A stretch of 54,797 bases of DNA from Promethearchaeota archaeon (GTDB lineage: Archaea; Asgardarchaeota; Lokiarchaeia; Sigyniarchaeales; SOKP01), in contig JAEOTP010000061.1 in NCBI GenBank assembly GCA_016839765.1, forward strand, positions 1-54,797. The letters run 5' to 3'. The notes beneath the pieces are model-generated. The model was given only the letters and a program-made list of their open reading frames with translations. It was not told the DNA's origin and did not search any database. Below are positions 39,941 through 50,401 of the stretch, one piece after another (within the stretch, counting starts at the first letter, position 1; every line of letters starts with the position of its first letter). The position numbers were made by a program, and so were the translations under genes.

Positions 39941-40726
39941 CTAATAAGAAAAAACTCTATTCGAAATAATTAATGAAACTATACTAGGTATAAACATTAA
40001 GGGAAAAACAATGAAAAATAAATTTAATGAAATAGCTATAGAAGGATTTAAAGAAAATAAAATAAAAATAAAAGGAAGAAATAACCAAAATATAAACAAT
40101 TTCCATTTAGTTTCTAAATGTGAGAAGGGTTTAAATAATAAATTGAAATTTCTGGAAATCAAGTAATAAAAAAAAATTAGGGCTAAAAATCCAGGGATTA
40201 AAAACACCCAATTAGAAATGTTGGTGTAAATTGTTATTAATCTAATATCACCGAAATTTAAAAGACTTCCAACTAATAGATAACCTGTTGAGTTCATAAA
40301 CGCCCAAAATCCATACCAGAATAAAATATGAAGTGCAGTGTATGCTATGCTTGACTTTATTGTCCTTTTTCTTACCACGTAATATATAGCAATATTACAA
40401 GAAATAGCAGCTATAAGACAAGCAAGGATACCTCCACCCGCCATTAATGCTCTTGAAATGTTACTTGCTCCCATAGGAAAAGAAACAAATGCAAACCCAA
40501 ATTCTAATGGCCAAATCCAAGATACGTAATAATTTATTGGCTGACCTCCAACCAAAATACCTATCCCACAATGACCTAGGAACTCATGCGTCCATTCTGA
40601 TACAAACTTCATGAGAAAGGAGATAGGAAATATGCTTATAATTAAAAATAATAGCGTTCTCCGTTTTGAATTACCAGAATTAAACCATAAAACATCTAAA
40701 CCTTTAGATTCCAAAATAATACACAC
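39941..40726 (-). CDS. Multi-TM membrane protein with a metalloprotease-like HExxGH motif (M50-like)
   Basis: WTHEFLGH inside a hydrophobic segment, AGG, and FGD as possible third ligand. Confidence 0.6.
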   Translation of the reverse strand: MCIILESKGLDVLWFNSGNSKRRTLLFLIISIFPISFLMKFVSEWTHEFLGHCGIGILVGGQPINYYVSWIWPLEFGFAFVSFPMGASNISRALMAGGGILACLIAAISCNIAIYYVVRKRTIKSSIAYTALHILFWYGFWAFMNSTGYLLVGSLLNFGDIRLITIYTNISNWVFLIPGFLALIFFYYLISRNFNLLFKPFSHLETKWKLFIFWLFLPFIFILFSLNPSIAISLNLFFIVFPLMFIPSIVSLIISNRVFSY

Positions 40727-40930
40727 TAATAATTTTATACTTACTAAATTGTATAATAAATAGAAGGTTTAAAAACCTTTAATACATCTTTTTTGGATAA
40801 AAACACAATTATAATGGGATAGTTATGATTTATTTGCTGATTTTCTGGAAAATAGTTATTGTTTATATATTTTACACTAGAAATATGTCAAATCAATTGA
40901 TTTTATATTAATCATTAGATATGAGTAACA

Positions 40931-41218
40931 ATGATTCTAAAATTAAAGACAAAATCTAACAGAAAGACAAATCAAAATCAAATCTTTATCTGGATACAAA
41001 GACATAAGGATTTTAAGAAAGACATTCAACAAATATTACAATTCTTTAAGGATCAAATTGTGGTCTCTAAAAAAAGAAAATTATTACCTTATTATAGGAT
41101 AACTTCTGATAACCCCGCTATCCTATTATCTCTTTTCTCAACAATACAAGATTTAATCCCTGAAATTTATTTCAAAGTGGAAAATTCAGTAGAAATTGAA
41201 GAATCCGTAAATTATTAA
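40931..41218 (+). CDS. Hypothetical protein
   Basis: 95-aa ORF with ATG and GAG RBS-like element. Confidence 0.6.
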   Translation: MILKLKTKSNRKTNQNQIFIWIQRHKDFKKDIQQILQFFKDQIVVSKKRKLLPYYRITSDNPAILLSLFSTIQDLIPEIYFKVENSVEIEESVNY

Positions 41219-41242
41219 ATTAATTTCTTGACTTGTAAAATA

Positions 41243-41343
41243 TGGGAGGAGGGGGATTTGAACCCCCGGCCCCTTGGTCCCAAACCAAGATTTACGCCGT
41301 AGAAGAACCTCTACAGAATCATACCAGGCTAGACCACCCTCCC
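41243..41343 (-). tRNA. tRNA-Pro(UGG) with a 27-nt intron at non-canonical position 25/26
   Basis: Acceptor GGGAGGG/TCCTCCC-A, anticodon arm CTTGG-TTTGGGA-CCAAG, T-arm GGGGG-TTCAAAT-CCCCC; intron 41291-41317 flanked by a bulge-helix-bulge; CCA not encoded. Confidence 0.95.
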
Positions 41344-41542
41344 ATTAAGAAACTGGTCTCAAATTTCAAAGAGAATATTTAATTTATCTCTTATTTTGAA
41401 GATAAAATAAAAGTTAAATAACTTCTCTTATTCATAGGTTGGTATAGATATGAAAAATTAATTAAATAAAAAAATTTTTCCGTTAATCATTGAATTTTAT
41501 ATCAGTTTTATTTTCAATTTTAAAATATTAATCATATTCAAG

Positions 41543-42100
41543 ATGAAAAAAAGAATTTTATTACTAAAAATTGGTCAAGTTGATAAGATAATTCTAGTAA
41601 ATTTGAAGAAAAATTTAGAATGGGTATTTAAGGATTTTCAAATAAAAGTTAGAATACTACCTAAAGAACTTGATTTAAACAATTCTTATTATCATCCAGA
41701 AAAAAGAAAATATAATGCAGATCGAATTATTGAAGGGATGAACGAATATCTATTAGATTATGATTTTTTTCGGGTTTTAGGAATAGTGAAGGAAGATATT
41801 TATTCAGGAACTTATAATTTCATATTTGGATGCGCTGAGAGAATAATTGCTAAAATCGCCTTAATTTCAGTGATTCGATTGAACGAAATTTTTTATAATA
41901 GAACTAAAGATAATTCTCTTTTTGAAAAAAGAATCTTAAGAGAAGCAATACATGAACTTGGTCATACTTTTGGTTTATTCCATTGTCAAGATTATTGCGT
42001 TATGAAATTTTCTAATAGTTTAATGGAAGCTGATAATAAACCAATTAGATTTTGTAAAAATTGCTTAAAAAAAGTGGAAGTATTTCTTAGTAAAACTTAA
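41543..42100 (+). CDS. amzA: Archaemetzincin (M54 peptidase)
   Basis: HELGHTFGLFHC...CVM.FSNS...FC..C signature; NFIFG. Confidence 0.93.
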   Translation: MKKRILLLKIGQVDKIILVNLKKNLEWVFKDFQIKVRILPKELDLNNSYYHPEKRKYNADRIIEGMNEYLLDYDFFRVLGIVKEDIYSGTYNFIFGCAERIIAKIALISVIRLNEIFYNRTKDNSLFEKRILREAIHELGHTFGLFHCQDYCVMKFSNSLMEADNKPIRFCKNCLKKVEVFLSKT

Positions 42101-42105
42101 TAAAA

Positions 42106-43110
42106 TCAACCATATCTATTCTTAAACTTGTCATACAAGGATTCACTAACTTTTAGAATATATTTATGATTCTTTACTAGTTTTCTTAATTCAAAAGGTA
42201 TATTTTCTAACCCAAAATAGGCTCCTGCTAAACTTCCTCCTATAGCACCAACAGTATCACTATCTCCACCTGCAGTTGCCAATTCAAAGATACATTCTTC
42301 GAATGAATCTAATCTGTGTAAAAATATGAAGATTGCGCAAGCAACTGTACTCATAGTATAGGGATGGACAAATGCTTTCCCAAAGTATTGTTCAATAAAA
42401 TAGGGAGACTTAACACCGATTTGTGAAAACTTAATCAATCCCGCATCAACTGAAATATTCAAATTCTTTTTCACTTTACGAAGGATCTCAATAAATTCTT
42501 CCCAAATATCATCTTGAGAATTAGAAATTGAAGAAATAATTACATCAAAGAACTCGTCAATAGAAAATCCTGTATTTGGGGATTTTTTTATTAAATAAGC
42601 GATAGCTCTCGCCATCACTATTGCTCCTGCTGAAGCTGCAGGGTGAGAATGAGTAATTATGCTAGATTTTAATGCGACAGTTTTTAATGCCTTTAAATTA
42701 TTACAATAAAACAAACCCACAGGAGATATTCTCATTGCTGTACCGTTTCCGCCAGAATTAGAGGCTGCTTTTTGCCAAGGAATTCCATATCTTAATTTAT
42801 GAATTGAAATCAGACATCCATACCCCGGACCAATAGGTGGGTCATCTAACCATTTTATATACTCTCTAATTAAATTATCCAAATTAAACCCCGAGCTTTG
42901 AATGAGCGCCTCAGCAGTGTGTAACGTTAATTGAGTGTCATCTGTATAAGTATTGAATAACTTCTTATGACTTTTAATAAATTCTTTAAAATCAGTAAAA
43001 TAAGAATAAATATCTTCTCGTAAAACCCCTTCAAAAGGATGCCCTAATGTATCACCTATAGCAACTCCAAATAGAGTCCCTGAGAATTTATCTAAATAAT
43101 CATTTGGCAT
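42106..43110 (-). CDS. ADP-ribosylglycohydrolase (DraG/ARH family)
   Basis: GVAIGDTLG, YTDDTQ, GNGTAMRISP, ITHSH, GGDSDTVGAIGG. Confidence 0.93.
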   Translation of the reverse strand: MPNDYLDKFSGTLFGVAIGDTLGHPFEGVLREDIYSYFTDFKEFIKSHKKLFNTYTDDTQLTLHTAEALIQSSGFNLDNLIREYIKWLDDPPIGPGYGCLISIHKLRYGIPWQKAASNSGGNGTAMRISPVGLFYCNNLKALKTVALKSSIITHSHPAASAGAIVMARAIAYLIKKSPNTGFSIDEFFDVIISSISNSQDDIWEEFIEILRKVKKNLNISVDAGLIKFSQIGVKSPYFIEQYFGKAFVHPYTMSTVACAIFIFLHRLDSFEECIFELATAGGDSDTVGAIGGSLAGAYFGLENIPFELRKLVKNHKYILKVSESLYDKFKNRYG

Positions 43111-43151
43111 TACGTTTTAAAAGGGTATAATGAGTATTTAATTTTGTTGGT

Positions 43152-43520
43152 TTATGCTAAATTCTTATAGATCTTTTTAATTTCAGTTATTAAATCAGTA
43201 ACACTATAAGGTTTATCTAAAAAACTTCTCGCTCCAATAGAAAGAGCTTCTTGCTTGATGCTATTATCAGCACTCGTGAAAATAATTTTTGATTTGTCAT
43301 TAATTTTTAAGATTTGTTTTGTTGCTTCAATTCCATTCTTAATTGGCATTCGATAGTCCATTAAAACAATATCCGGCTTTTTTGGAAATGAATTAAATAA
43401 TGAAACTGCCTCTTGTCCATTTTTTGCTTCCCCTATCACTCGATATCCAGACATTCCTAATACTTTTTTAAATAGCAATCTAAGTGATTGATCATCCTCA
43501 ACGATAAAAACTGAAGCTAT
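43152..43520 (-). CDS. Single-domain (CheY-like) response regulator
   Basis: VFIVEDD acidic pocket (upstream of the TTG call), phosphoacceptor LMDYRMP, TSA, KP; start inferred at ATA 43520. Confidence 0.92.
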   Translation of the reverse strand: MASVFIVEDDQSLRLLFKKVLGMSGYRVIGEAKNGQEAVSLFNSFPKKPDIVLMDYRMPIKNGIEATKQILKINDKSKIIFTSADNSIKQEALSIGARSFLDKPYSVTDLITEIKKIYKNLA

Positions 43521-43525
43521 TTTGT

Positions 43526-45796
43526 TTACACCTCTGGAATTAATACAACAAAATTACTTCCTTTTGAATAGTCTCCTTTAACTTTATCCTCGACCCATAT
43601 TTTTCCTTTATAAGTTGTTAAAATTTTTCTTACAAGTGATAATCCAATCCCCATTCCACTAACGGTTCTATCTACATTATCTACTCTCTGAAATATGCTC
43701 CCTTTATTAGTATCAGGTATTCCAATTCCGCTGTCTTCAAATTCAAATTTAACAAATTTTAAGCCATCTTTTTGAAGTTTTGAAACTTTGATCTTTACGT
43801 CAACAGGATAATTTTGAGTATACTTTACAGCATTGATTAAAATATTTTCAAAAACATCTATTAGAAGCTCATTTGCTTGAACTGTTATTGTTTTATAAGG
43901 GTTTTCAATATCTAAATTGATTTTTTTATCTTGGAGACTTTTTAATAAAAAATCTATTGATTGATTCAATACTTCAATGGCTTCTATGGGTTGGGTGGAA
44001 ATTTTTACTTCTTCCAATCTTGACAATTTTCGGGTATTTGAGATTAAATTAGCCGCCCTACCAACCTGTTGTTTAGATATTTTTAACATTTGTTTTAATT
44101 CATTTAAATCTTTCTCTTCCTCCATATAAAGGAGACATAATTCAACAGAAGATAAGATGTTTTGAAGAATGTTGTTTATATCATGGGCAATTAAGTCCTT
44201 ATAAAAATTAGATCTATTAAAAGCTTCCCGATATTTTTTTTCAGACTTTTTTAATTGCTTTTCAGCATTCATTTGTTCTGTAATGTCTATTGACATTATG
44301 AAGTCGGCTGGTCTTCCTTTATAATTAATTGTTTTTGAAAAACTTTCAAGCCATCTAAGTTCTCCATCTTTCCTTATTATGCGATACTTATATTGTTCAA
44401 TTACACCTTTTTCTCCAATCTCTTTTTTTCTAGCTTGGTCCAGAACAAAATCTCTATCATCAGGATGTATGAGCTTAACAAATTCATACGGTTTCCAATT
44501 TTTTATTTCTTCGGGTGAATATCCATTAACTTTTGGTACTCTTTCATTAAAATATTTAAAAATGCCATCTTGTATGATATAAATACTCATAAATGATTGT
44601 TCGGCAATTGTCCTGAACTTTTCCTCTGATTCTTTTAAGGCCTCTTCTGCCTTCTTGCGTTCAGTTATATCAGTAAAAGTCACGGCAAAATAACCCTTCT
44701 TAGGAGAATATCCTGAAACTTTATACCAACGATCAAATACCTCTGAATAATCCTCAACTGTTATTGGAATTCCTGTTAATCCAACATTTCCAAATTTGCC
44801 AATCCAATCTGCAGAATCATTCTCTGTTCCTGGAATTGCTTCAGTTACAATCTTTCCAATTAGATCTTCTTTTTTTATACCTGTAAGTCTTTCAAAAGCA
44901 GGATTCACTTCAATATATCTATAATCAACTGGTTTATTGTTATCATCAACAATGACCTCATGAAGAGCAAATCCTGCGTTCATATTTTCAAACAAAGAAC
45001 GATATTTTTCTTCAGATTTTTTTAATTTTTGTTCGGCAATTTTCCTTTTCGTAATATCACGAACAAGACCATAAAAACCAACCTTATTTCCTTTAGAATC
45101 GTATAATAAATCAATTGTTCCTTCAAAATAGATTAATTTATTCTTTTTTGTTATTACTTTAGCAACTCCTGTTGGAGGACGGGGAATCCCTGTTTTATAA
45201 ACTTGGTTGAACATATTGAACAAAACTTCGGATGACATTGTATCGTATAGTAAGCGAAAATTCTTTCCTATTAATTCTTCCTTTGAATATCCCATTATTT
45301 TACAATACTCAACATTGGCATAAACAAAATTTCCCATAAGGTCAGTTTCAAAATATCCTTCCATCATATTTTCGAGAATGTTTCGATATTTCACTTCAGA
45401 TTCTTTTAATTTTTGCTCAGCTACTTTTCTTTCAGTTATATCCCGAGTAATTTCCACTACTCCACTAATTTTGTTTTTATCATCAAAAACAGGATATCCC
45501 TCAACAAACCATAGCCTTCCATCTGGAGTAATCATTTCCTTAGAGTTTAATTCTCCAAATTTAAGTGCTTTTAATACTGGACATTCTTCGCACGGTTCGT
45601 TTCGCTCTTGCCATAAGTTATAGCAATTTTTTCCAATTAATTGTTCAGGAGTTAAATTAAGTGAATCAGCCGCAGTTTTATTTGCCCAAATAATTTTGAA
45701 GTCTTTATCATAATAAACAATATGTTCAGAAATGGTTTCTAAAACGTTTTTATAAATATATTCTAATCGTTTTGATAAGGGTTCTCTTTCTGTCAA
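43526..45796 (-). CDS. Cytoplasmic sensor histidine kinase with four PAS/PAC domains
   Basis: Repeated DITE/DITK PAC ends, H-box AHDINN, N-box NILINAVKY, DSGIGI, GMGIGL; no TM helix. Confidence 0.95.
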   Translation of the reverse strand: MTEREPLSKRLEYIYKNVLETISEHIVYYDKDFKIIWANKTAADSLNLTPEQLIGKNCYNLWQERNEPCEECPVLKALKFGELNSKEMITPDGRLWFVEGYPVFDDKNKISGVVEITRDITERKVAEQKLKESEVKYRNILENMMEGYFETDLMGNFVYANVEYCKIMGYSKEELIGKNFRLLYDTMSSEVLFNMFNQVYKTGIPRPPTGVAKVITKKNKLIYFEGTIDLLYDSKGNKVGFYGLVRDITKRKIAEQKLKKSEEKYRSLFENMNAGFALHEVIVDDNNKPVDYRYIEVNPAFERLTGIKKEDLIGKIVTEAIPGTENDSADWIGKFGNVGLTGIPITVEDYSEVFDRWYKVSGYSPKKGYFAVTFTDITERKKAEEALKESEEKFRTIAEQSFMSIYIIQDGIFKYFNERVPKVNGYSPEEIKNWKPYEFVKLIHPDDRDFVLDQARKKEIGEKGVIEQYKYRIIRKDGELRWLESFSKTINYKGRPADFIMSIDITEQMNAEKQLKKSEKKYREAFNRSNFYKDLIAHDINNILQNILSSVELCLLYMEEEKDLNELKQMLKISKQQVGRAANLISNTRKLSRLEEVKISTQPIEAIEVLNQSIDFLLKSLQDKKINLDIENPYKTITVQANELLIDVFENILINAVKYTQNYPVDVKIKVSKLQKDGLKFVKFEFEDSGIGIPDTNKGSIFQRVDNVDRTVSGMGIGLSLVRKILTTYKGKIWVEDKVKGDYSKGSNFVVLIPEV

Positions 45797-46009
45797 TATA
45801 CCCGAATCTGCTAAAAATTTATTATATTATAAAATTTATTTACTTTTCATATAAACCAATAAAAAAATTTGTATTTAATATTATTTTTAACCAAAAAGGT
45901 GCAGTTAAATAAGTTTTTTTTCAAATTGAATTATTTTCAACAATACTTATATAAATTTGTTAACAATATTTATTTTAATCAAATACTATATTGAGTTTGA
46001 TAATTAAAT

Positions 46010-46909
46010 ATGTTTAATTTAGAAAAATTAAGAAATTCCATAACTGCATTAATTACTCCTTTTAATGAAGATTATACTATTGATCAAGATAAATATCGAG
46101 AATTTATACGTTTCCAAATAGAAAATGAATGTCAACTATTAACTATGGGCACAACGGGAGAATCTGCAACCCTTTCCCATGAGGAACATCATATCGCAAT
46201 GGATATTGCAATTGATGAGGCTAAAAAAAGTGGAAAGAACCCATTTGTCTTAGCAGGTACTGGAAGCAATTCAACAAAAGAAGCAATCTCTCTTTGCCAA
46301 TATGCTGAAAAAGCAGGCGCTGATGGTTGCTTAGTTGTTGTACCTTATTATAATAAACCAGCACAACATTCATTAATTGATCATTTTTCAGCAGTCGCGG
46401 ACTCAGTTTCTTTACCTATTATTTTATATAACGTTCCCAGTCGTACCGGGCGCAATTTAGAACCAGAAACTGTATCTAAATTAGCATATTCGAAAGATAA
46501 TATTGTTGGTATTAAGTGTGCAAGCGGAAATATTGATCAAATAACGAAAGTTATCAAAACTACACCAGAAGATTTTATTGTTCTTAGTGGTGATGACGGA
46601 ATGACATATCATATAATGGCACTTGGAGGCAAAGGTGTAATAAGTGTAGCTTCTAATATCATACCTGCTCAATTAGTGGAATTCACTAACTTTATGTTAA
46701 ATGGAGAATGGGATAAGGCTCGCAATAAACAATTAGAATTGTTTGATTTATTTAAAGTTTTATTTATCGAAACAAATCCCGGACCTGTTAAATATGCTGC
46801 AGATTTAATGGGTTTAATGGATAGTAGAATGAGATTACCACTAACACCACCATTAAAAGAGAACCAGAAAAAAATTAAACAAGTCTTAAAAGATCTAAAT
46901 ATAATTTAA
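46010..46909 (+). CDS. dapA: 4-hydroxy-tetrahydrodipicolinate synthase
   Basis: ALITPF, GTTGES, GTGSNST, PYYNKP, LYNVPSRTG, Schiff-base GIK, SGDD, ETNPGPVK. Confidence 0.95.
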   Translation: MFNLEKLRNSITALITPFNEDYTIDQDKYREFIRFQIENECQLLTMGTTGESATLSHEEHHIAMDIAIDEAKKSGKNPFVLAGTGSNSTKEAISLCQYAEKAGADGCLVVVPYYNKPAQHSLIDHFSAVADSVSLPIILYNVPSRTGRNLEPETVSKLAYSKDNIVGIKCASGNIDQITKVIKTTPEDFIVLSGDDGMTYHIMALGGKGVISVASNIIPAQLVEFTNFMLNGEWDKARNKQLELFDLFKVLFIETNPGPVKYAADLMGLMDSRMRLPLTPPLKENQKKIKQVLKDLNII

Positions 46910-46935
46910 GAAAATTATAGTTGGAGGGTACATAT

Positions 46936-47757
46936 TTGATTAAATTACTAGTTCTGGGACCCACTGGGGTTATGGGAAAATTAATTAGTGAATTAGCTCT
47001 GAAAGACGATGAGATAGATATTGTTGCAGCTTGTGATATCATTAATCTTGGTGATAAACTTGAATCTATTGTAGCTGTAAAAGATTCCAAGAATATCATA
47101 ATTACTGATGTAAATAACCTACAAAAAGTAATTGATCAAACCAAACCTGAAGTAGCAGTTGATTTTACTGTAGCTGCAGCAACAGAAAAAAATTGTCTAA
47201 TTTGTGCAAAGAATGGAATTCGTTGTGTAATTGGAACAACTGCATTATCCCAAGAATTTCTTAACGAATTTGAAAATTTGGTGAAGAATTATCAAGTTCC
47301 TTCGGTTATTTCTCCAAACATGGCGACAGGCGTAAATATTTTATTCAAAACGGCATCAACTTTAACTAATTATTTAAATGATTGGGACATAGAGGTAATA
47401 GAGGCACATCATCATAGAAAAATTGATGCTCCAAGTGGAACAGCTTTAAAAATAGGCCAAATTATAAGTAATAGTTTGGGTTCTGATTTTGAGCAAATCG
47501 TAAAATTTGGTCGAAATCGCGGTCCTAATAAGAGATTGATTGGCGGAAAAAATGAATTAGGTTTTCACTCAATACGAGCTGGAGATATCGTGGGGGATCA
47601 TATTATTTTGTATGCTGGACCTGGCGAAAGAATTGAACTCAAGCATCAAGCACATAGTAGATATTGCTTTGCTGAGGGAGCTATCAAAGCAATAAAATTC
47701 ATAACACAGGTTAAGGAAGCTAAAATTTATAGCACAAGTGAAGTATTAGGATTTTGA
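46936..47757 (+). CDS. dapB: 4-hydroxy-tetrahydrodipicolinate reductase
   Basis: G.TG.MG, VDFT, IGTT, SPNMATGVN, EAHH..KIDAPSGTA, RAGDIVGDH; GGAGGG RBS before TTG 46936. Confidence 0.95.
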   Translation: MIKLLVLGPTGVMGKLISELALKDDEIDIVAACDIINLGDKLESIVAVKDSKNIIITDVNNLQKVIDQTKPEVAVDFTVAAATEKNCLICAKNGIRCVIGTTALSQEFLNEFENLVKNYQVPSVISPNMATGVNILFKTASTLTNYLNDWDIEVIEAHHHRKIDAPSGTALKIGQIISNSLGSDFEQIVKFGRNRGPNKRLIGGKNELGFHSIRAGDIVGDHIILYAGPGERIELKHQAHSRYCFAEGAIKAIKFITQVKEAKIYSTSEVLGF

Positions 47758-47990
47758 AGATAACTTTATGAATCGATTTCATTATAAAGAGAGATAAAAT
47801 TATAAAACTTTTCAGAGCAGATCAGTTTTTTCATCAATCTGAATAGCTAGATTTCATAACGCCAACTCTTCATCTAAATAATTAAAGGGTATCCTGTCCT
47901 TAATCATTCCTTATTTTATAATTCTATCTCATAATAATAAAGATTAATGCAATTTTTAACTTTTCTCATAAACATTCGTTAATTTAAGTA

Positions 47991-49313
47991 TCACTTCAAG
48001 TGATCTGGGATGATTTGGTTTTTTAATAAATCTTCAAAGGTTTCAGCTTCTCGAATTTTAAAAGGTTGACCATTACTAATTAAAATTTCAGCTGGACGGG
48101 GTCTAGAATTATAGTTACTGCTCATTGCATAACCATATGCTCCAGTATCAAGGATGGTAAGATAATCTCCTTCTTTTAATTCAGGTAATTCTCTTTCTTT
48201 TCCGAGAATATCTCCAGATTCGCAAATAGGTCCAGCTATATCATATTTTAACATTTTTTTTCCCCTTATCTTATTACATGCCATAATATGATGATAAGCT
48301 CCATACATAGTAGGCCGAATCAAAATATTAAATCCCGCATCTACTCCTGCAAATAATTTATATCCGTTATCCTTAATCGTATTTATCTGAGTTAGCAATA
48401 CACATGATTCAGCAACTAAAAACCTTCCCGGTTCTATTTTAAAAACCGGTTCCCCTAAGTTTTCAACATATATTAATTTTTTAAAAGGTTTTACTACAAT
48501 CTCTTTATATTTTTCAAGATCTAAGGGTTTCTCATTAGCATGATAAGGTATTCCTAAACCTCCTCCGAAATCTATAAATTCAAAATTAATCTTTAGGGAG
48601 CTTGCTAATTTCTTAATTATAGAAAAATACTTCTCAGCTGCTTTTTCAAAATTATATGGGTTATTAATTCCAGAACCAATATGTTGATGAATACCAAATC
48701 TCTCAAAGCCAAAATGTTTAGCTCTTTTGTAGGCTTCTACTACTTGGTGTTCTAAAATCCCAAACTTGACTTCCTTTCCGGCAGTGATATCATGAATATG
48801 ATGTCCTGCTCCAAACTCAGGATTTATTCTAAATGAGATAGTTTTTTTTTCTTTCCCTAAACTTTTATAAATTTTCACCAATCGGTCCAATTGACTAATA
48901 CTATCCAAATTAATTAAAACATCATTCTTAACAGCAAATTCGAAATCATTATCAGTAAACATATTTCCAGTATAAATAATTCTTTCAGGTGCGATTCCTG
49001 CTTTAAAACAAGTATAAATTTCACCTTGAGAAGTGCAATCAAAAAAAGCTCCCTCTGTATTTAAAATTTTTAAAATGGAAATGTTTGAGTTCGCTTTAAC
49101 TGCATAGTGTATATGATTTTTCTTATATTCTGAATTGAGAACTTTTTTTAGAGTTCTATATTTTTCTCGAATTATTTGTTCACTTATAACATAAATAGGA
49201 GTACCGTATTTTTTCGAAAGTTCTATTATGCTTACATCATTAAAAAATAGATTTCCATCTCGATATTCTAAGCCCTTATAATTTAACCAATCTATGTTTT
49301 CCATCAAAACCAT
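47991..49313 (-). CDS. lysA: Diaminopimelate decarboxylase
   Basis: YAVKAN PLP lysine, KFGI, HIGS, DFGGGLG, EPGR, GPICESGD, GAYG..MSSNYN.RPRP. Confidence 0.96.
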   Translation of the reverse strand: MVLMENIDWLNYKGLEYRDGNLFFNDVSIIELSKKYGTPIYVISEQIIREKYRTLKKVLNSEYKKNHIHYAVKANSNISILKILNTEGAFFDCTSQGEIYTCFKAGIAPERIIYTGNMFTDNDFEFAVKNDVLINLDSISQLDRLVKIYKSLGKEKKTISFRINPEFGAGHHIHDITAGKEVKFGILEHQVVEAYKRAKHFGFERFGIHQHIGSGINNPYNFEKAAEKYFSIIKKLASSLKINFEFIDFGGGLGIPYHANEKPLDLEKYKEIVVKPFKKLIYVENLGEPVFKIEPGRFLVAESCVLLTQINTIKDNGYKLFAGVDAGFNILIRPTMYGAYHHIMACNKIRGKKMLKYDIAGPICESGDILGKERELPELKEGDYLTILDTGAYGYAMSSNYNSRPRPAEILISNGQPFKIREAETFEDLLKNQIIPDHLK

Positions 49314-49344
49314 CTAATTATTTTACTAAATAAATTTAAATACA

Positions 49345-50217
49345 TTAAAATTCAATTTTTTCAATGAATCCCTTAAAAACTTTAACAATTGGACCTTCCA
49401 TAAAGACATTTTTGCCATTATAAGTAATAATTAAATCACCCCCATCATTGTGAACTGTCACTGGTACATTTTTATCAAATAATCCCAACATCGTACCTGC
49501 CACTACAGCAGCACATGTTCCAGTACCACATGAAAGAGTAATACCTGCTCCTCTTTCAAAAACTCTTAATCTTGCTTCTCTCTTTGAAAGAACTTTTACA
49601 AATTCAACATTGGTTTTATTCGGGAAATGTTCATTAGATTCTATAGCAGCACCATATTTATTTAAATCATTATCGCTAATAACATTTTGAGTAAAAATTA
49701 CAGCATGCGGATTTCCCATAGAAACAGCTGTGAAATTAAATATTTTATCTAAAATTACGATTTGCTCATTTACACATCTATCAACAATATCATCTAATTC
49801 GACCGGAATGCTTTCACAATCTAATATTGGAGAACCCATATCCACTTTAACAGAAATTACTTTATTACCTTCTACCTTTAATTTATTAATGATTATACCC
49901 TTAGGCGTTTCAATTTTTATAGCTTCATTTTTTAAAATATCATTTTCATAAATATACTTTGAAAAACATCTAATACCATTACCACACATCTCCGCTTCTG
50001 AACCATCTGGATTAAACATCCTCATTCTTATATCTGCCTTTTCTGAATCGCATACAAATAATAAGCCATCGGCTCCAACGGAAAAATGAGGTTGACATAA
50101 TAATTTAGCTAAATCCGCTTTCTTGTCATCAGGTATTTTCCATTTGAGGTTATTTATCACAACATAATCATTTCCGAGTCCATGCTGTTTTTCAAAATCT
50201 AAATTTTCAAGAATCAT
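49345..50217 (-). CDS. dapF: Diaminopimelate epimerase
   Basis: HGLGND, GADG, NPDGSEAEMCGNGIRC, MGNPH, NVEF, ERGAGITLSCGTG. Confidence 0.96.
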   Translation of the reverse strand: MILENLDFEKQHGLGNDYVVINNLKWKIPDDKKADLAKLLCQPHFSVGADGLLFVCDSEKADIRMRMFNPDGSEAEMCGNGIRCFSKYIYENDILKNEAIKIETPKGIIINKLKVEGNKVISVKVDMGSPILDCESIPVELDDIVDRCVNEQIVILDKIFNFTAVSMGNPHAVIFTQNVISDNDLNKYGAAIESNEHFPNKTNVEFVKVLSKREARLRVFERGAGITLSCGTGTCAAVVAGTMLGLFDKNVPVTVHNDGGDLIITYNGKNVFMEGPIVKVFKGFIEKIEF

Positions 50218-50401
50218 TTTTATTTATTTATAATGAATAATTTCAACTTTTATATGTCTTACTTCAAATAATAATAAGATTAAAGCTTCACTGAAAAAAA
50301 TTTCTCTTTTGGGTTATCATTAAAATAGTTTCTGAAAAACCTAAATAAAGCTTCATATTATTTTATTATATTCAATTTGAAATATCTTTAATATTACCAT
50401 T

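Noticed and set aside
47760-47990. Minus-strand frame MIKDRIPFNYLDEELAL*NLAIQIDEKTDLL* as a UGA-recoded peptide
   Set aside because: Very short, no redox motif context and no SECIS; chance or remnant
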